64,000 nucleotides of DNA, taken from Pseudomonadales bacterium. GTDB taxonomy: Bacteria > Pseudomonadota > Gammaproteobacteria > Pseudomonadales > Azotimanducaceae. Every line of letters starts with the position of its first letter. The first letter of the stretch is position 1. The translations under genes and the position numbers were made by a program. The stretch lies in contig OZ220484.1 of NCBI GenBank assembly GCA_965116165.1, positions 3,250,090-3,314,089 on the forward strand, in the 5' to 3' direction. The notes below the pieces were generated by a model. It made no database searches. It was not told the origin of the DNA and worked only from the letters and a program-made list of their open reading frames with translations. This document shows, piece by piece, positions 63,051-64,000 of this stretch.

Positions 63051-63245
63051 TCAGAGTCTGTAGTCAAGCGACACACGCGACGTCAGCTCATCGAATTTCT
63101 TGTCCGCATCCTGTGGTGTGACCACCACGGGAATGCCACCTATGGCAAACACCGTTGTGTCTCCATATCGCTCCCGATCATCCTCCGTGTAACGCAATCC
63201 AGCAGTCAATTCCAGGTGGTCACTCAAATCAAAGGCGCTATGCGG
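63051..63245 (-). pseudogene. TonB-dependent receptor internal fragment (remnant)
   Basis: No Met-initiated ORF. Hand translation of the minus strand gives PHSAFDLSDHLELTAGLRYTEDDRERYGDTTVFAIGGIPVVVTPQDADKKFDELTSRVSLDYRL*. 'LTAGLRYT..' and 'F..LTSRVSLDY' resemble TBDR barrel strands. Bounded by stops on both sides. Confidence 0.45.
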
Positions 63246-63331
63246 TCAACCGCCCCATAAGGATCGCGGCGACTTCGTTCTGGGCCGCTCTCTGCCCCTT
63301 GGCCCGCGCCCTCGGCGCCTCGTGCGCCGCC

Positions 63332-64000
63332 CTAGTACGCAATGTCGGCGATGCGCCAAGCCGAAATTGCGCGCTTGCTGTCGCCGAGGAGGGCGCTCTG
63401 GCTGCCCCGCGTCACCAAGGCCAGTTCGACGCTTCGAATGTCGGGGCTTGCGCCCAGTGTGCGGGCGATTTTCTTGAGCGGCGTAAAGGCCGAATTCGAT
63501 GCCGTCTCAGACCACTTGGCATCCGCCAGCCGGATGTGGTCGAAAGGCCCTTGAATGAGGAAGTCGGCTTCACGGTTTTGCTGGTCTCGATAAAACCACA
63601 GGCTCCATGACGGTTGGTTTAGTGCCAGGTGCGTGCGCAACTCCGAGAACACCAGGTTCTCCCACAGGCGGCCGGTGAGCGGCGAGGTCTCGATGGCCAG
63701 ATCGTCCATGCCCAGCAGAAAGCACAGCAGGCCGGTATCCGCGAAGTAGAGCTTTGGGGATTTGACCAGTCGCTTGCCCAGATTGGCGAACCAGGGTTCC
63801 AGAAGAACGACCTGATTGCCGGCCCGAAGCGCCGAGAGCCACTCATTCGCGGTTGAATGGGAGATGCCGACATCGCGCGCGAGCTCGGAGCGGTTGAGCA
63901 GGTTGCCGGCCCGCGCCGCGCAGGCCCGGACGAACCGCTCGAAGTCGCGCAGGCTGCCGACCCGGATCAACTGTCGAAGGTCGCGCTCCAGATAGGTGCC
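63332..64000 (-). CDS. AAA+ ATPase with C-terminal DUF4143 domain (COG1373-like), 5'-truncated by the window edge
   Basis: 'TYLERDLRQLIRVGSLRDFERFVRACAARAGNLLNRSELARDVGISHSTANEWLSAL...VKSPKLYFADTGLLCFLLG' matches the DUF4143 family layout. The reading frame is open to the window end. Confidence 0.8.
   Translation of the reverse strand, partial: GTYLERDLRQLIRVGSLRDFERFVRACAARAGNLLNRSELARDVGISHSTANEWLSALRAGNQVVLLEPWFANLGKRLVKSPKLYFADTGLLCFLLGMDDLAIETSPLTGRLWENLVFSELRTHLALNQPSWSLWFYRDQQNREADFLIQGPFDHIRLADAKWSETASNSAFTPLKKIARTLGASPDIRSVELALVTRGSQSALLGDSKRAISAWRIADIAY

Overview
High-GC (roughly 60-65% by hand-sampled lines) chromosomal segment with gammaproteobacterial gene order. Core blocks: a heterodimeric ABC exporter pair, asnS, gap, bfd-bfr, an aa3/CoxMNOP-like cytochrome c oxidase cluster (coxB with two fused haem-c domains, coxA, two subunit-III paralogues, subunit IV), argJ, pilD-pilC-pilB divergent from two pilin genes followed by tRNA-Thr(CGU), miaB, degP/mucD-lepA-lepB-rnc-era-recO, relA, adk, moeA, tsaB, rsmJ, nnrU, plsB and gspC-gspD. 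Accessory material: (1) a BsuBI/PstI-type R-M system whose methylase is split by a -1 frameshift in a C6 run exactly at the NPPY motif, while the endonuclease is intact. (2) Downstream of tRNA-Thr, a bacterial cereblon (CULT) gene, a ferredoxin-reductase-type flavoprotein and a 4.7-kb, very GC-rich gene for an FN3-rich surface protein with a 21-nt poly-C tract at its 5' end. (3) A two-gene cassette wedged between DUF1820 and miaB: an ORC/STAND-like P-loop NTPase with C-terminal ankyrin repeats, plus a Zn-ribbon/TM/DUF726 (TMCO4-like) serine hydrolase. This is my best candidate for an undescribed system. (4) A lower-GC PIN/RHH toxin-antitoxin cassette flanked by gene remnants, then a carotenoid oxygenase, a TonB-dependent-receptor fragment and a DUF4143 ATPase. 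At least five families of short dispersed repeats (MITE/REP-like) occupy almost every long intergenic region, and some supply stop codons or C-terminal codons to genes. No rRNA, CRISPR array, integrase or transposase was seen. All family assignments come from motifs read by eye and remembered consensus, not from searches.
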